Part shown: in pieces, positions 52,356-64,000 of the stretch
Layout: every line of letters starts with the position of its first letter
How positions within the stretch are numbered: position 1 is the first letter of the stretch
Origin: Leptogorgia sarmentosa
Lineage: Eukaryota
DNA: 64,000 nucleotides
Reading direction: 5' to 3'
NCBI GenBank assembly: GCA_964658305.1
Contig: OZ210885.1
Span: forward strand, 806,001 to 870,000
Notes under the pieces: model-generated
Database searches by the model: none
What the model was told of the DNA's origin: nothing
Seen by the model: the letters and a program-made list of their open reading frames with translations, nothing else
Translations under genes and position numbers: made by a program

Positions 52356-54608
52356 ATGTATTCACAAAGGTTAGTGGAATGCTCTAGCGATATTGCATTG
52401 AATGTCGCAGCTTCCTTCAGTAATACTCAAGGTGTGCTTTAGTATAACTTCGATACAACATTGTCGTGCAACACGTAAAAATACAGGTAAATACAACAAC
52501 AACTTACTGTTGTAAATTGTGTTCGTTAACAGCGACGAATGTGTATAACAATCTCTGACTCTCTACTCTGTTCTGGTTCAGTTACCTTCATGACCACAAT
52601 CTCCCCGCTTCGTGCAGACTATATGCAGTATACAGCATTTTAATACATTGTTTCATAACCCTTATCTTCTTCCCAAATCACTTCAACGCTTAAATAGAGC
52701 CGAGAAGAAGAATTTAAACTTTATTTAAGCTGGGTGGCCCTTTCAGCACGAAGGCTGGTATCCACAGGAAGCCTGCATTTGAAAATAAACTCACATTATG
52801 GAATACGAAAATACAAATTTCTCACCATCAGTCCCGTCACTTCCATATTCGAAAGTAAGAAAGCTGACTACACACAATTCGTGCATACGTTGCGAAAGTG
52901 TGAATGGAATTTTTCTGATCGTTTCAGGTCGATGATAAACAGTATAATCAAAATTAGAAACATCAAAATTGTTTTAATCCTTCAATCATTCATCACAACT
53001 ATCGCCATTATCTACATAATAGTACAAACATCAAACCTGGAACAGATTTCAAGAATGGAAGGTATACTGTGGCCTAATAATTAATGTATTCCTTTTTACT
53101 GTGGATTCTTCTAATAGAAGACGCACTATTAAGTGAGGACATGACTTTTCTCTTTCTGTCTATGTAAATGCGTGCGATTGTTGCCATATTTTGGCTAGAG
53201 TGACATGTTTACTGATGTAATTAATAATTAGATTACGAGATCGAGATGTCCATCAGATGATAATAGAATAAGTCAACAAGCGATCAGACTCAGTTAAAAT
53301 GTTTTACAAAATAATTAAAAAAGAAAAGAAATTCTTCAGAAAAATTTAAATGGTCTTAACAATAAAAATATATCGATCTGTCTAAAGACCGGCTTACACT
53401 GTACGCTTACGTTTGTCGAAAGCTTTTTTAAAGCATGCTTTCAAAAGGCCACAACTTTTTTCGTGTTCTATCGAATTATCGTAGCGAGTTGTAGGGGTAA
53501 TTCACATTGTACAATTCGAGTTATGAGCGCATTGCATGCGACAGTTGTAAGCAAAAGTGGCACAGAATAAACCGACCTTAACTAAAAATCCTGCCAATTC
53601 TAAAGAAACACTGTCCTTCCCATGGGTCTTAGAGTACCGTTCGCTCCACCTGAATGTTGTTCTACCGATCAAGTTCTTAGAATATCCTTGAAAATGCATG
53701 ACATTATTATTATTATGTAGAGACTCTACGATGCCAAGGATGTTGTATCATGAAGAAGGAAAATATCGAAGCCATCACGAGTGAGCCACAGTTATCTGAA
53801 AAACTTCATAAAATATCTCGAGCTATCAGAAATTATCAAATACCAGAATATATCTTGAGAATACTTCATGATAGTGAAAAGAAACTAGAAGAGTTTGAAA
53901 ATGAGCTGAGACGATTGAAGCAGGTATAACTGAATTACGGTTACCACTTAGTAATTTTAAAAAGTAACAAAACAACACCTGATGATGATGACTGCAAATT
54001 AGTCGAAAACGTTGTATTTAAATGATTTCTATTGTTTTGTTATTTTCAAGCAGGTAGAGCTTTATACTTGGTTTTATACAATAAAGGTCGTTATTTCGTA
54101 TGCAATGGTGGTTGTGCATGTTGAAATATATTTGTCCTAGTGGTCGGCACTAGATCATGGTGACCTTACGCACATATCCGCGACTGCTGTACATTCACGT
54201 CAGCGGTGATAGATATTTCTATTGGCGTATTCACAAAATAAACCAGTCCCAAACCATAAATCTGACCCTAACCACCAGTTAGCCAAAAGAAATTTCTATC
54301 ACCGCTGACGTGAATGTACAGCAGACACAGATGTGTGCGTAAGGTCACCATGATCTAGTGCCGACCTTGTCCTAATTACCAGTATGCTAGCTAATTAAGG
54401 ATAATTACGAAGAGTGCAAAAAAAGTTTCATTTCTTTCTCTTTCAACAGATGGACTTAAATCGTCTTTCCAAACTTCATCAATTTTTTATTGAAGAAGAC
54501 ACAACTACAGATCAAGATTTAGTGCCACAATCCAAACCAAAATGGACGCCTGTGAACCCTCGGAATTTAATTACAGAAAAGAAAAGTCAGTCTTCATTAA
54601 ATACGTGA
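52356..54608 (+). CDS. Uncharacterised small type II membrane protein, paralog A (169 aa). Exons 52356-52369, 52928-53061, 53721-53923, 54450-54608
   Basis: MYSQR micro-exon, N-terminal hydrophobic anchor IVLILQSFITTIAIIYIIV, RCQGCC, SEPQLSEKLHK, coiled-coil-like segment, PQSKPKW. Aligns along its length with paralog B. Confidence 0.85.
54142..54366. mobile_element. Mutator-like MITE
   Basis: About 85-bp TIRs GGTCGGCACTAGATCATGGTGACCTTACGCACA..., 10-bp TSD ttgtcctagt / ttgtcctaat. Confidence 0.85.
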
Positions 54609-54708
54609 ATAAATAGAAATTTAATACATTTATTGCTATGATTAAACGATTTTCATCCCCCTCTCCACCGCAATTAGGCATTTGATTTACATCATTATTG
54701 CAGTATAA

Positions 54709-54908
54709 AGGCGCTGTTACCCATGCAATTTTTCTTGCAACTTGCAACGCAATTCCGCTCTTAAGAGATGTAAATTAATGTAGACTATTTGATTTGTGAA
54801 GAGTCATTAGAGAAATGTGATAAAAACTCGGACTTGCCAATTTCGCATCTCTCAACAGTAAAATTGCGATGCAAGTTGCAAGAAAAATTGCATCGTCTTA
54901 CAGCGGTT
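54709..54908. mobile_element. Harbinger-like MITE
   Basis: atgcaatttttcttgcaacttgca.cgcaatt / aattgcg.tgcaagttgcaagaaaaattgcat inverted pair, TAA-like flanks. Confidence 0.7.
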
Positions 54909-55436
54909 TTAACATTCCAATTCAATCGGATGTAAAATTGACTTGCCCGCTCGGTGACAAACGAGCTTTGTAGACGCTTTTCTGGTAGAGTTACACACAT
55001 TTCTGTGCTAAACATGTGTTTGTCTCATGCTAAGGGGAAGTTATATAGCATTCCGGAGTTATATAGCGAATAAGCGATTTCATATTAGAGTGTGTTTTGA
55101 TATTATTATTTGCCTTGGTCACATAATGTGATATATAATATTCATTATTATACATTTAAAATTTATTCTCGTTCCTGATTGGTCAGAAAGCACCGGCTAA
55201 TTCTCAGTATTCGCTATTTATTACGTATTTTCCGCCGATGACGTCATCAGCGTCCAATAATTATTTGTTTGGATCAAACTTGCATCCAAAAAAAAATATT
55301 ATTGGAGTCTCTCGTGCCCAAGCCCCAGCGCTGTCAAAAGCTTGAAGCTAAAAGCGCGCGAAAAAAACAAACAAACAAACAATGGCCTGCAGCAGATTTG
55401 CTTCGCTGATTGAAAGTGAACTCTCTTTTAAATGTA

Positions 55437-55595
55437 TAATAAAACAATTATTGGATTCGGCTTTCGCATGATATCAAGAATTATTCAGACCTCGGTCAAT
55501 GTTATCCGCCTCAGCTTCGCTTCGGCAGATAACATTAACCTCGGTCTGAATAATTCTTGATATCATGCTCAGCCTCATCCAATAATTGTTTATTA
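55437..55595. repeat. Palindromic repeat end; related fragment at about 62425-62480
   Basis: aaacaattattggat...catgatatcaagaattattcagacc / ggtctgaataattcttgatatcatg...atccaataattgttt. Confidence 0.8.
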
Positions 55596-56016
55596 GCATG
55601 CTCGCTTGGCATTATCAACCATGCTTTAACCTCATGCATGTATCCAGTTTTCACTAGATAAGCACGAATTTTGGAGGTGGTTTGCATGTATTATTGTTGT
55701 TTCCTGGCAACAGTAAATAGCTGAGAAATAGTTTAGGTCAATTTTCATCAATTAGTGAGCCACATTATTCCGCTAATAACTGCCAACAATGCACTCTTCC
55801 GTGCGTGGTTTTGCCTGAATGAATTTGCTTGTATGCCTTCAAACATAAGACGTTCGGTAAATAATATCTTGATGTGTTTGTATTTAACGTTATTTGTATA
55901 ATCTTAAATGAGCAACGGATCTTTGAGAGGTTAATGTAGTGGTTGTGAACTCTTGGAAATAACTGGAAGCTACATATAGTATGAAAGTGGAAGAAATGTT
56001 TCTAAATTAGATCGAA

Positions 56017-57735
56017 ATGAATTCGCAAAGGTAAGTATACTAATCGTATAAAATGTCTTTTACAAGTCACTCGTAATTTTCGTCTAAGCGTGAAGTCGGT
56101 ATCACCAAAATTTAGTTGCGACAAAGTTCAGATTGTCATTATTTATATTATATATAAACGTAGTCTATGTCACATCGGCGGTGATAAATACATTGTAATT
56201 ATCATTGATTGTATATTCAGAAATATATAATATCGTCATTTTATGTTCATCACAATGGCCAATGCTTTGTAGACACTCGGTATGTTCAAATAAAGTAGAG
56301 GCGAACATATTTTGCGAAGCGTGCATTATTAAATCAAGGCATCCTCACAGATTCGAACCTCGACATAGAGTCTATAATATAACAATATTATTTCCTGAAG
56401 GAAATTGCGTGTCTTAACACAAGTTATAGTGACGTATGAATGTACACGTCACCTCATTTCAAATGAATGAAACAGAAATTAAAATTAAAGCACAACAAAC
56501 ATGGCCATAATTATGCGATATTTGCTTCTCCTCTGGTACGATTTCCAGTCGGGACTTTCTTAAAATTAATATGACTCGAACCGAGTCCTCATGTGAAAAG
56601 AGTGAAGTCAACGCTCTGCTTGAAGTCGTGACTTTTCTCAAAGGATACTTCGGTTTTGTCCAGGTGAAAGTCGACAGGGTTGGGGTATTTGAAAAGGGGG
56701 TATTACAGTTGACATACACATTGCAGCCTGGTCCGTATCCATCATAATTATACGTGTTTATGTTAAGATCAGATTAAGCCTCTTTTCCACTCACGTATTT
56801 CGATTCGCCGCCATGCACTGGCGAAAAAATTGATTCGTTGTTCTTTCGCACCATCAGTGAAAGGTCTGACAAAAGTTCAACATTTTCAACAACTATATAG
56901 AAATGTCGAACTTTTTTCTTCAATGGAGAATGAAAGTAACGAATATATGCTGCTATATTATCTGGGAAGCTATAAGTAAAAACATCTGAAATGCTCACAA
57001 AACCTGTACCATTCTGTAAAAAAACAATCATTTTTGCTATGGTCAATTGCCGTGCTTCGTCTTTCAATCCAACCACGCTACAATTAGCTAATGACGTAAA
57101 CATATAGGAAAAATATACTTAGTCAGATTTTAAGTGGTTCAAAAGAATGATATAAAATTTTCTTCTTTTGCAGATCTGTTTTGAGCAAAATTATCCGTAT
57201 TCGGAATATCAAGGTAGCTTTACTAGTGCAATCAATAGTGACGACATGTGCCGTACTATATATGATGTTTCAAACATCGAGCTTGGATGACGCAGCACGT
57301 TTGGAAATCGAGCTGAGAGATCGAAGATGTCGTGGTTGCTGTATTATACAAAATGATACAATGCTTTCAATATCAAGTGAGCCACGTCTTTCTGAGAAAC
57401 TTCACAAGTTTTCAAGGGCTATCAGAAAATACGATATACCCGTCAGCGTAATGAAAATCCTTCATGATGCTGAGCACACAATTGAAAAATTTGAAAACGA
57501 GTTAAAGAAATATAAGGATGGAAAATTAGAGCGTTTGAGTAGCCTTCAAGGACTTTTAATCGAGGAAGACATTAAAATTGATGAGGAATTACAACCTAAA
57601 GCTAAACCAAAATGGCAACCAAAACCTAAAGTATCTGAGGAATCGCTTTCAAAACCATCAGTTGCGAAAAAGGAGGCGACAAAAATTCCAAATGATGTCC
57701 ACAAGCAAGTTAATGTGAAAGTTCCTAGCATCTAA
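56017..57735 (+). CDS. Uncharacterised small type II membrane protein, paralog B (191 aa). Exons 56017-56030, 57174-57735
   Basis: MNSQR micro-exon (AG|gtaagt) joins in phase 2 to SVLSKIIRIRNIKVALLVQS...RCRGCC...SEPRLSEKLHK...PKAKPKW. Confidence 0.85.
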
Positions 57736-58348
57736 AACGTTTACATTCCCTGGGGGAATAGTCGTATTGTTCTATCCCTGGACGATATTTGCGACTGTGT
57801 CACTGCAATATAGCTAAATGCTTAATTTTAATGACAATAATAGTAGTAATAATTTGTTAATTTATACCGCGCTGAAACTATAGAATTTATTATTCTAAAC
57901 GTTCCAATTTGAGTGGAAAAATGCGTAACCGTGTCTTATTACAAAAACAGAATAAATTAATGTCTCGTTTTATCGCGCGCGTTTCCCACGAAGAACCTGC
58001 CAACAAGCTGTCAGCTTTTAAAGGTGGTACTTGAAAAAGCTAATTTATAGTATACGTGGTTTAAAAAAAAATATAATTATTATAGATTTTAAATGAATTA
58101 ACTGAAAATTAATCAACACGAATCAGCACAACGTTTGGGCTTCTGTGTTAACAGGTTGTGGGTGACAGCGTTGCTGCAAGCTTGTCAAGTTGTGATCAGA
58201 TTTCTACATGTGCATCCCACGTACCGGTGAAGTTTAATCATGAGAACCCCTACTCAGCTGACAACCCCGACGGAGACCTACGAGAGGTCCCGAAGCTGTC
58301 CGCTTAATAGGGTTCGACTGTATACTAGCTACATACCCAGATTTAACC

Positions 58349-60783
58349 ATGGCAGTACGATTACTTCGAATGCAAAATGTGACACACGTTGCTTCAAGAG
58401 TCATGTTTAATCGTATATCCTCGAAATATGTGCATATGGGTGAATATTTTAGTCAAGGACATCCAAATGAAATTGAGCTTCAGGCCGTAGTGCCTTTGGC
58501 TGGAAGAAAACATTTGGTTGGTTCTAACTCAGCTGGCTTTCCCAAACATTTGTCAGGGCCTAAAGAAGATTTTCCAATGCTGGTGAAAGCGAAGAACGGG
58601 CAAGAAGCAAGTATGAAACACTGGGCATTGAGATGTAGAGAGATTATTGATCAAGCATATCAAAGGTATTTATTACGTAAAACAATGCGAATGTTTGTAT
58701 GGCTCCAATTCCAGCGTGTTCAGCTTCCAGTTGGATTTGTTCGGCCATACAAGCGCATCACCAAGTTTGTAATATATGAACTGAAATGTAACAACGATAT
58801 TCACACCAAATTTTGATAGAAATAATTTATATTTTATTCATAATGTTAGACGTGTTATTGTGTTGTTGCCTGCAGCGCTGCGAAGCGGAATAATCACATT
58901 GCTTGGCATGCATTTGACCTTTGCGGCTTACATATATTTAATTTCCAGCCTCTTGCAATGATTAGCAGGGACTTTCGATCCAATGAAAGCGACCTTTGCT
59001 TTTTACATTTGAGAATAATATGGAATTACAACTAAAGTAGTCTTTGGTGTCTCCTAGTTTTCACTCTCTATGATAAAATTCACCCACAGTAGTTGCCAGA
59101 TAATTGAAGAATTTTCTGGCACCTTTAAAGCTCGTTAACGTTTAGACGAGCGATTTCTGGTGCAATTTTCTCCTTTTGACGGATGTGAACGAGTGAACCA
59201 GTCACGAATGTTCATACTCAGCACATTGGTTATTAATTCGCTTTTTCACATCTATCAAAAGCAGCAAACGTGTGAACTGGGCTTATGTTAACGGTTTTGC
59301 GAAGCATTGCATGAATGATGCATGCACAAACATGTGCAAGCTTTTGAGATTGCTGACTGGTCAGGCCTTTCATAGGACGAAAGCAGGTGATGCTTGAGAA
59401 CTTTAGTGAAATGACAGGTTGAGGTTTTTAATTTATTCGAGTAACTTTTCATTGCATGTGAATGGAAGTGAACAGGTTTCGAAGAAGTGGGAGAACGTCA
59501 GACTTTGTCGCGAACATGTTGGACAGATAGCTTTTCCTTTTTTTGAAAATTTATCATTCAAAATTAGATGTCATAATTTGTAGTGAATTGATAGTAATAA
59601 AAGTAAATTTTAATTCATACTGGATAAATCAATTAGCAATAATAATTTAACATTTTGAAAGGTATGAGAAAGATGGCAGCGCTGTAGCTATATTGTTCCG
59701 TGGTTTACCGAATTTGGATGAAAAGGACTTTGCAGCATGGGTCAACAATTTGGGTTTTAAACCATTCCCGTACGTTGGTGGAATATCTCCAAGACATGAA
59801 ATACAACCGAATGTTGCGGAAGGCGCACATGATGACAATGTGTTCACCATTGAACCACATAATGAAATGGCGTACGCTGCTAAATATCCAAAGGTATTTG
59901 ATATAAAATATCTTTAGATAAGGAAGTATAAACAGACGAAGCCCTAGTGAAGACATGTTAGGTCGTAAATACTTTTCAACTGAATTTGGAATCATTCCAG
60001 CCAGGGTAACAAATAAAATCGGGAAATATTCTTCACATATAGGTTGCGAGCCATATGTGTAGATTAAATCTGTTTGTATTGTTTAATATGGGTAGCGAGC
60101 AGAGCTTTTGCTTCCTGTTCATATTCTTACTTATTGACCTTAATATTGAATTTCAGATATTCACTATCAGCTGTTTAAAGAAATCTCAATGGGGCGGTGA
60201 GACAGCAATTTGTGACAATCGAGACATCCATATGAAGTTAGACCCAGCATTTGTGCAAAAATGTGAGGAGAAGAAAATTCGTTATTGGAATTGTCTGCAC
60301 AGTGAGGATAGTGAGAAAAATCTTTATCAAAGTTGGCAAATGCGTTTTAAAACAGAGGATAAGAGTGAAGTTAACGAGTTTTTAGAAATTGAAAAGTATA
60401 GTTATATTTGGGAAGAAAATACTTTGTTTTACTGGAAAGATTTATCGCCCACTACAACACATATTATTAGCGGGGAGCAGCTGTGGTTCAATCATTTAAC
60501 CTGCTCACACTGGAGTTATTTTGAGCACATTCCACGCTACGAAGACCACAAATTGAACTACAAAGAGTATCCATGCCATACGACTTATGGTGATGGTGAA
60601 GAATTTGAAAAGCATGAGATTGATGAGCATCGACGTTGTATTTGGGAAAGTGCTGTTGGATTTGACTGGCAAAATGGTGATATATTGTTTTTAGATCAAA
60701 TGATTGTTCAGCATTCCAGGTTAAGTTTCGAAGGGGATAGAAAAGTTGGTGTAAGTCTCATGGATTTTTTAAACAAAATTTAA
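58349..60783 (+). CDS. TauD/TfdA-family Fe(II)/2-oxoglutarate dioxygenase (DdaC/SyrP/clavaminate synthase-like group), 391 aa. Exons 58349-58665, 59662-59893, 60157-60783
   Basis: AILFRGLP, IEPHNEMAY (HxE), WGGETAICD, LWFNH, TYGDGEE, WQNGDILFLDQMIVQHSRLSFEGDRKV. The Arg-rich, acid-free N-terminus resembles a mitochondrial transit peptide. Confidence 0.92.
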
Positions 60784-60903
60784 ATGATACTAAAACATAT
60801 GAATTGCTGTTAGTTAGCTTGTAGTCAGGAACACCCATTATAGTAACTACAGGGAAACACGCAATTTGATTGCATTGGTCAATAGCCGTCCAGTACTATC
60901 TTG

Positions 60904-60934
60904 TAATGATAATAATAATAATAATAATAATAAT
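60904..60934. repeat. (AAT)n microsatellite
   Basis: taatgataataataataataataataataata. Confidence 0.9.
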
Positions 60935-62932
60935 AGCCCAGCAATTTTTAGGATGCACAAAGACAGAACTGACCACGTAAATCTTATAGATGTCGCCAAT
61001 GAACTTGTGGGACGCAACGATATTCGAAAGCGACACTTTCCGAAATTAATGACAACAAAGTAAAATATGCATTTTACCAACGAAATTTGATATATTTGGA
61101 AGCTGTCTGGTCCCCCAATTCTTCACAACCATTACCGATTTGATATTGCCCCCCCCCCCCCGGGGAAGCTTCTTCTACAAACTTGCATGTGTGGGATGTG
61201 GCAGGTGAATTGACGCTTTCCAACACTGTTATTTGCATCGATGACGCTATCTATGAAAACCACAAAACACTTTCGACAAATATTTAGGATTGGCTTTGCT
61301 GCTTGAGACAGGGACGTAGGAACCGGGGAGGGGGAGGGGCACAGGGGCCGTGGCTTAGACAACAATCTTTCATTTGTATACCCAAAGAAGCCAACTAAAA
61401 AGGTCGAGTTTGGACTCTGGAATGGTCATTTCCGGCGACCTAGATTTAAAAACGTTCAAAATTTAAAAACGTTCCTATGTCCCTGGCTTGAGATGACAAT
61501 AAATATACAGCCACTGCGGGTGGCTTTTAGAAAATATAGCGGTTTAAAGGAATATAGCGGTTTGCACTTATCACTGTACAATATAACATATTTAAAAAGC
61601 GTTTTTGAAAGCTTTTTGGATTTTTTTATGAGTTGTTAGAGTCAGAATGCTACGGTTACGTTTATGGTTTGGGAGTAACTTATTTTGTGAAAACTACGTG
61701 CCAAAGCAAGCTGCTTTTGACGGATATGAGAGACCTAAATCAGCACTCGCCTGAAACCGGGTAATTTGAGATAAATGATGTCATTGTTATTTTGTGGTTG
61801 ACGGAAATCTGGTATCTGAGATTCCAGATCTGCTACGGAGCCGAATGTTATTTTAAACACTGGTACTTTCAGGCAAGTGTAATGATTAGATAACATTGAT
61901 AAAAGCATTCTGTAATTGGTCGAATATATTTTCAACGTGATTTTAATTCGTTATTGGCATTTTCCACGTTTTGTTGAAAGTTGCTACTTCCTGGACGTGA
62001 AATTTGAGAATATTGCACACATGCATATACGACATCATATGGCTTTTCAAAATTCTCTATTCTGATTGGTTGACAAGCGGTCCGTAAAAACCCATATCCG
62101 GACCGTGGTTCGTATTTTTCGTATCTGGACCGGTGTCCCGGATGTCGTTTATCTGGCGGGAGATTTCGCTTTACAAACCTCTGTCTTTTGCATTTAATAT
62201 GTCGATACTAAAGAACCTCCGTCTAATATTTCACTGTACACACCTCACGCTGAATCAATAACCCTTCATTTATGACGTAATTATGACGTATATTGAAAAT
62301 TATATGACATTATGACGTCGACTAATTTATGCTGCTTATGTTAAAAGCGGCGAAATATACAAGTTCTTGTTTACAAATCAATGCAACCGTTTACACTAAG
62401 TCAGATGAAGATACAAATAAATACAAAACAATTATGAATGAGGTCGAGTAGGATATGAGGAATTATTAAGGCCAAGGTTTGTGTTAGTGTGTAGGAGGCG
62501 GCGTAGGAAGATTGATAATAAGGGGGGCTCATATCCATATATTCGTTTGCTGCATCATTAATTTCTGTTGAAATCCATTGCTTTTATGGTCTGTGGACAC
62601 GAGTATATGAATGTCAGCCCTAGTAAGTTCTATAATTGTTTAATATTGTAACTGACGAGCGTATCAGGAAAAACGTCCTCTAAATATCCTTGTTCTCTTG
62701 TTTCATATACTGTCGTTTTAGGTCGACTCACTCACAAAATCATGGTCTTTTAATAAAATACAATACAAGGGAAACTTGGGAGCCACATGATGCTATTGTA
62801 ATTTGATAAACGCGTCGATCGTCTCGATCTGATTACTGATGATATTTTTGGCTACGTATATTGCGCAATATCTTAAGAGAGTATTTTACTGTCCTGACCA
62901 TTAACCGTAAGCCATCATAGCAGGCCTTAACC

Positions 62933-63258
62933 ATGGCAGTACGATTAGTTCGAATGCAAAATGTGAAAACTGTCGCTTCAAGAGTCTCAAGAGTCATGTT
63001 TAATCGTATATCCTCAAAATATTTGCATATGGGTGAATATTTTAGTCGTGGACGTCCAAATGAAATTGAGCTTCAGACAATAGTCCCTTTGGCTGGGAGA
63101 AAATATTTAGCGAGTTCGACCTCAGCCGGCTTTCCCAAACATTTGTCAGGACCTAAAGAAGATTTTCCAATGCTGGTGAAAGCGAAGAACGGGCAAGAAG
63201 CAAGTATGAAACACTGGGCATTGAGATGTAGAGAGATTATTGATCAAGCATATCAAAG
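62933..63258 (+). CDS. Exon 1 of a second tandem TauD-family gene (the rest lies beyond the window or is lost)
   Basis: Near-identical to 58349-58665, with the same AG|gt donor and a 9-nt internal duplication (SRVSRV). Confidence 0.85.
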
Positions 63259-64000
63259 GTATCATTGTTATTGTCATTTTGAATCAACTTTTATGTCAAC
63301 TTTAATGTGAGTTATGCCTCTTCGGGGATTACCGCGTTTGCGTGTTGAGTTCCCAACTGAATACGTTCGATTCCAATAGTTAACTTTCACCGTAGCACGA
63401 GAATGAACGTGTATGCAGGTATGTCAGTTAACATAATTACATAAATTGAAAGATGTAATTGGCTCCGGCATTCGGGGATGCAAATGTGCACGAGAGATGT
63501 GAATGGACGAAAATACCGACAGGGCAAGACAGCAATCCAAACTGTAGCTGGCAACAATTCGACAGAAATCTCCTCAGTGCTATTGCGTTTAGCGTTTATA
63601 CTGTATGTATTTCCACAGTATGCTCTTAATTTCGTTTCCACTGCGGTTTTGAAGTAAAAAAGTCGGATCGATGTGTGTTTATACATGCAACCAGTCCCGG
63701 GGCTCTAAATTATTTTATCAAAAGTTTTATGTTTAGCATGTGAAAAGTGTGTGCCGGTATTCGGTCATTGTACAAATGTCCAACAACACAATCATAAAAT
63801 AATCGAGTTATTTTCAAGAATATATTTACGGCTTATGAAACGCGAAGTTGAATGAGGTTTACCTTTACTGCCAGGTAAAAATATAACGGATAAAAATCGC
63901 CGGTTAGCCTCATTTTCATATTACAGAGATCAGTGGCTTTTGAACCATTAAGATTGCTGACTTTCGATAGGAGCGGGAAAAAATGACAAAATTCAGTTCA

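Noticed and set aside
53975..54016. Hammerhead-like CTGATGA..GACT/AGTC-GAAA motif
   Set aside because: An extra TGA insertion and no convincing stem I or cleavage triplet; at most a decayed remnant.

Overview
AT-rich, intron-containing animal DNA. A cnidarian (probably octocoral-like) origin is inferred from the gene families and repeat style but not proven. Exon structures were rebuilt by hand from splice sites and reading-frame phase. Genes in order: (1) the 3' part of a type I membrane protein built of tandem SEA-like repeats (to 7159, +); (2) a complete 16-exon ZDHHC17/HIP14-type ankyrin-DHHC palmitoyltransferase (9617-23091, +), which contains a U12-type AT-AC intron, a nested antisense intronless class A GPCR, an 84-bp minisatellite and three intronic 130-nt elements with H/ACA-like architecture; (3) three tandem secreted PAN-EGF-fibrinogen/intelectin-like genes (25006-40733, -); (4) a 5-exon secreted precursor made of a signal peptide, a 35-acid propeptide, KR and a 118-aa mature peptide with 16 Cys, 33 K/R, no D/E and mirror-symmetric cysteines (42579-44863, -), which is the best novelty candidate; (5) two paralogous small type II membrane proteins that differ by two introns; (6) tandem TauD/TfdA-family dioxygenase genes, the second truncated by the window. 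Many MITEs are present, some with empty sites in paralogous segments, along with foldback elements carrying hammerhead-ribozyme-like motifs.
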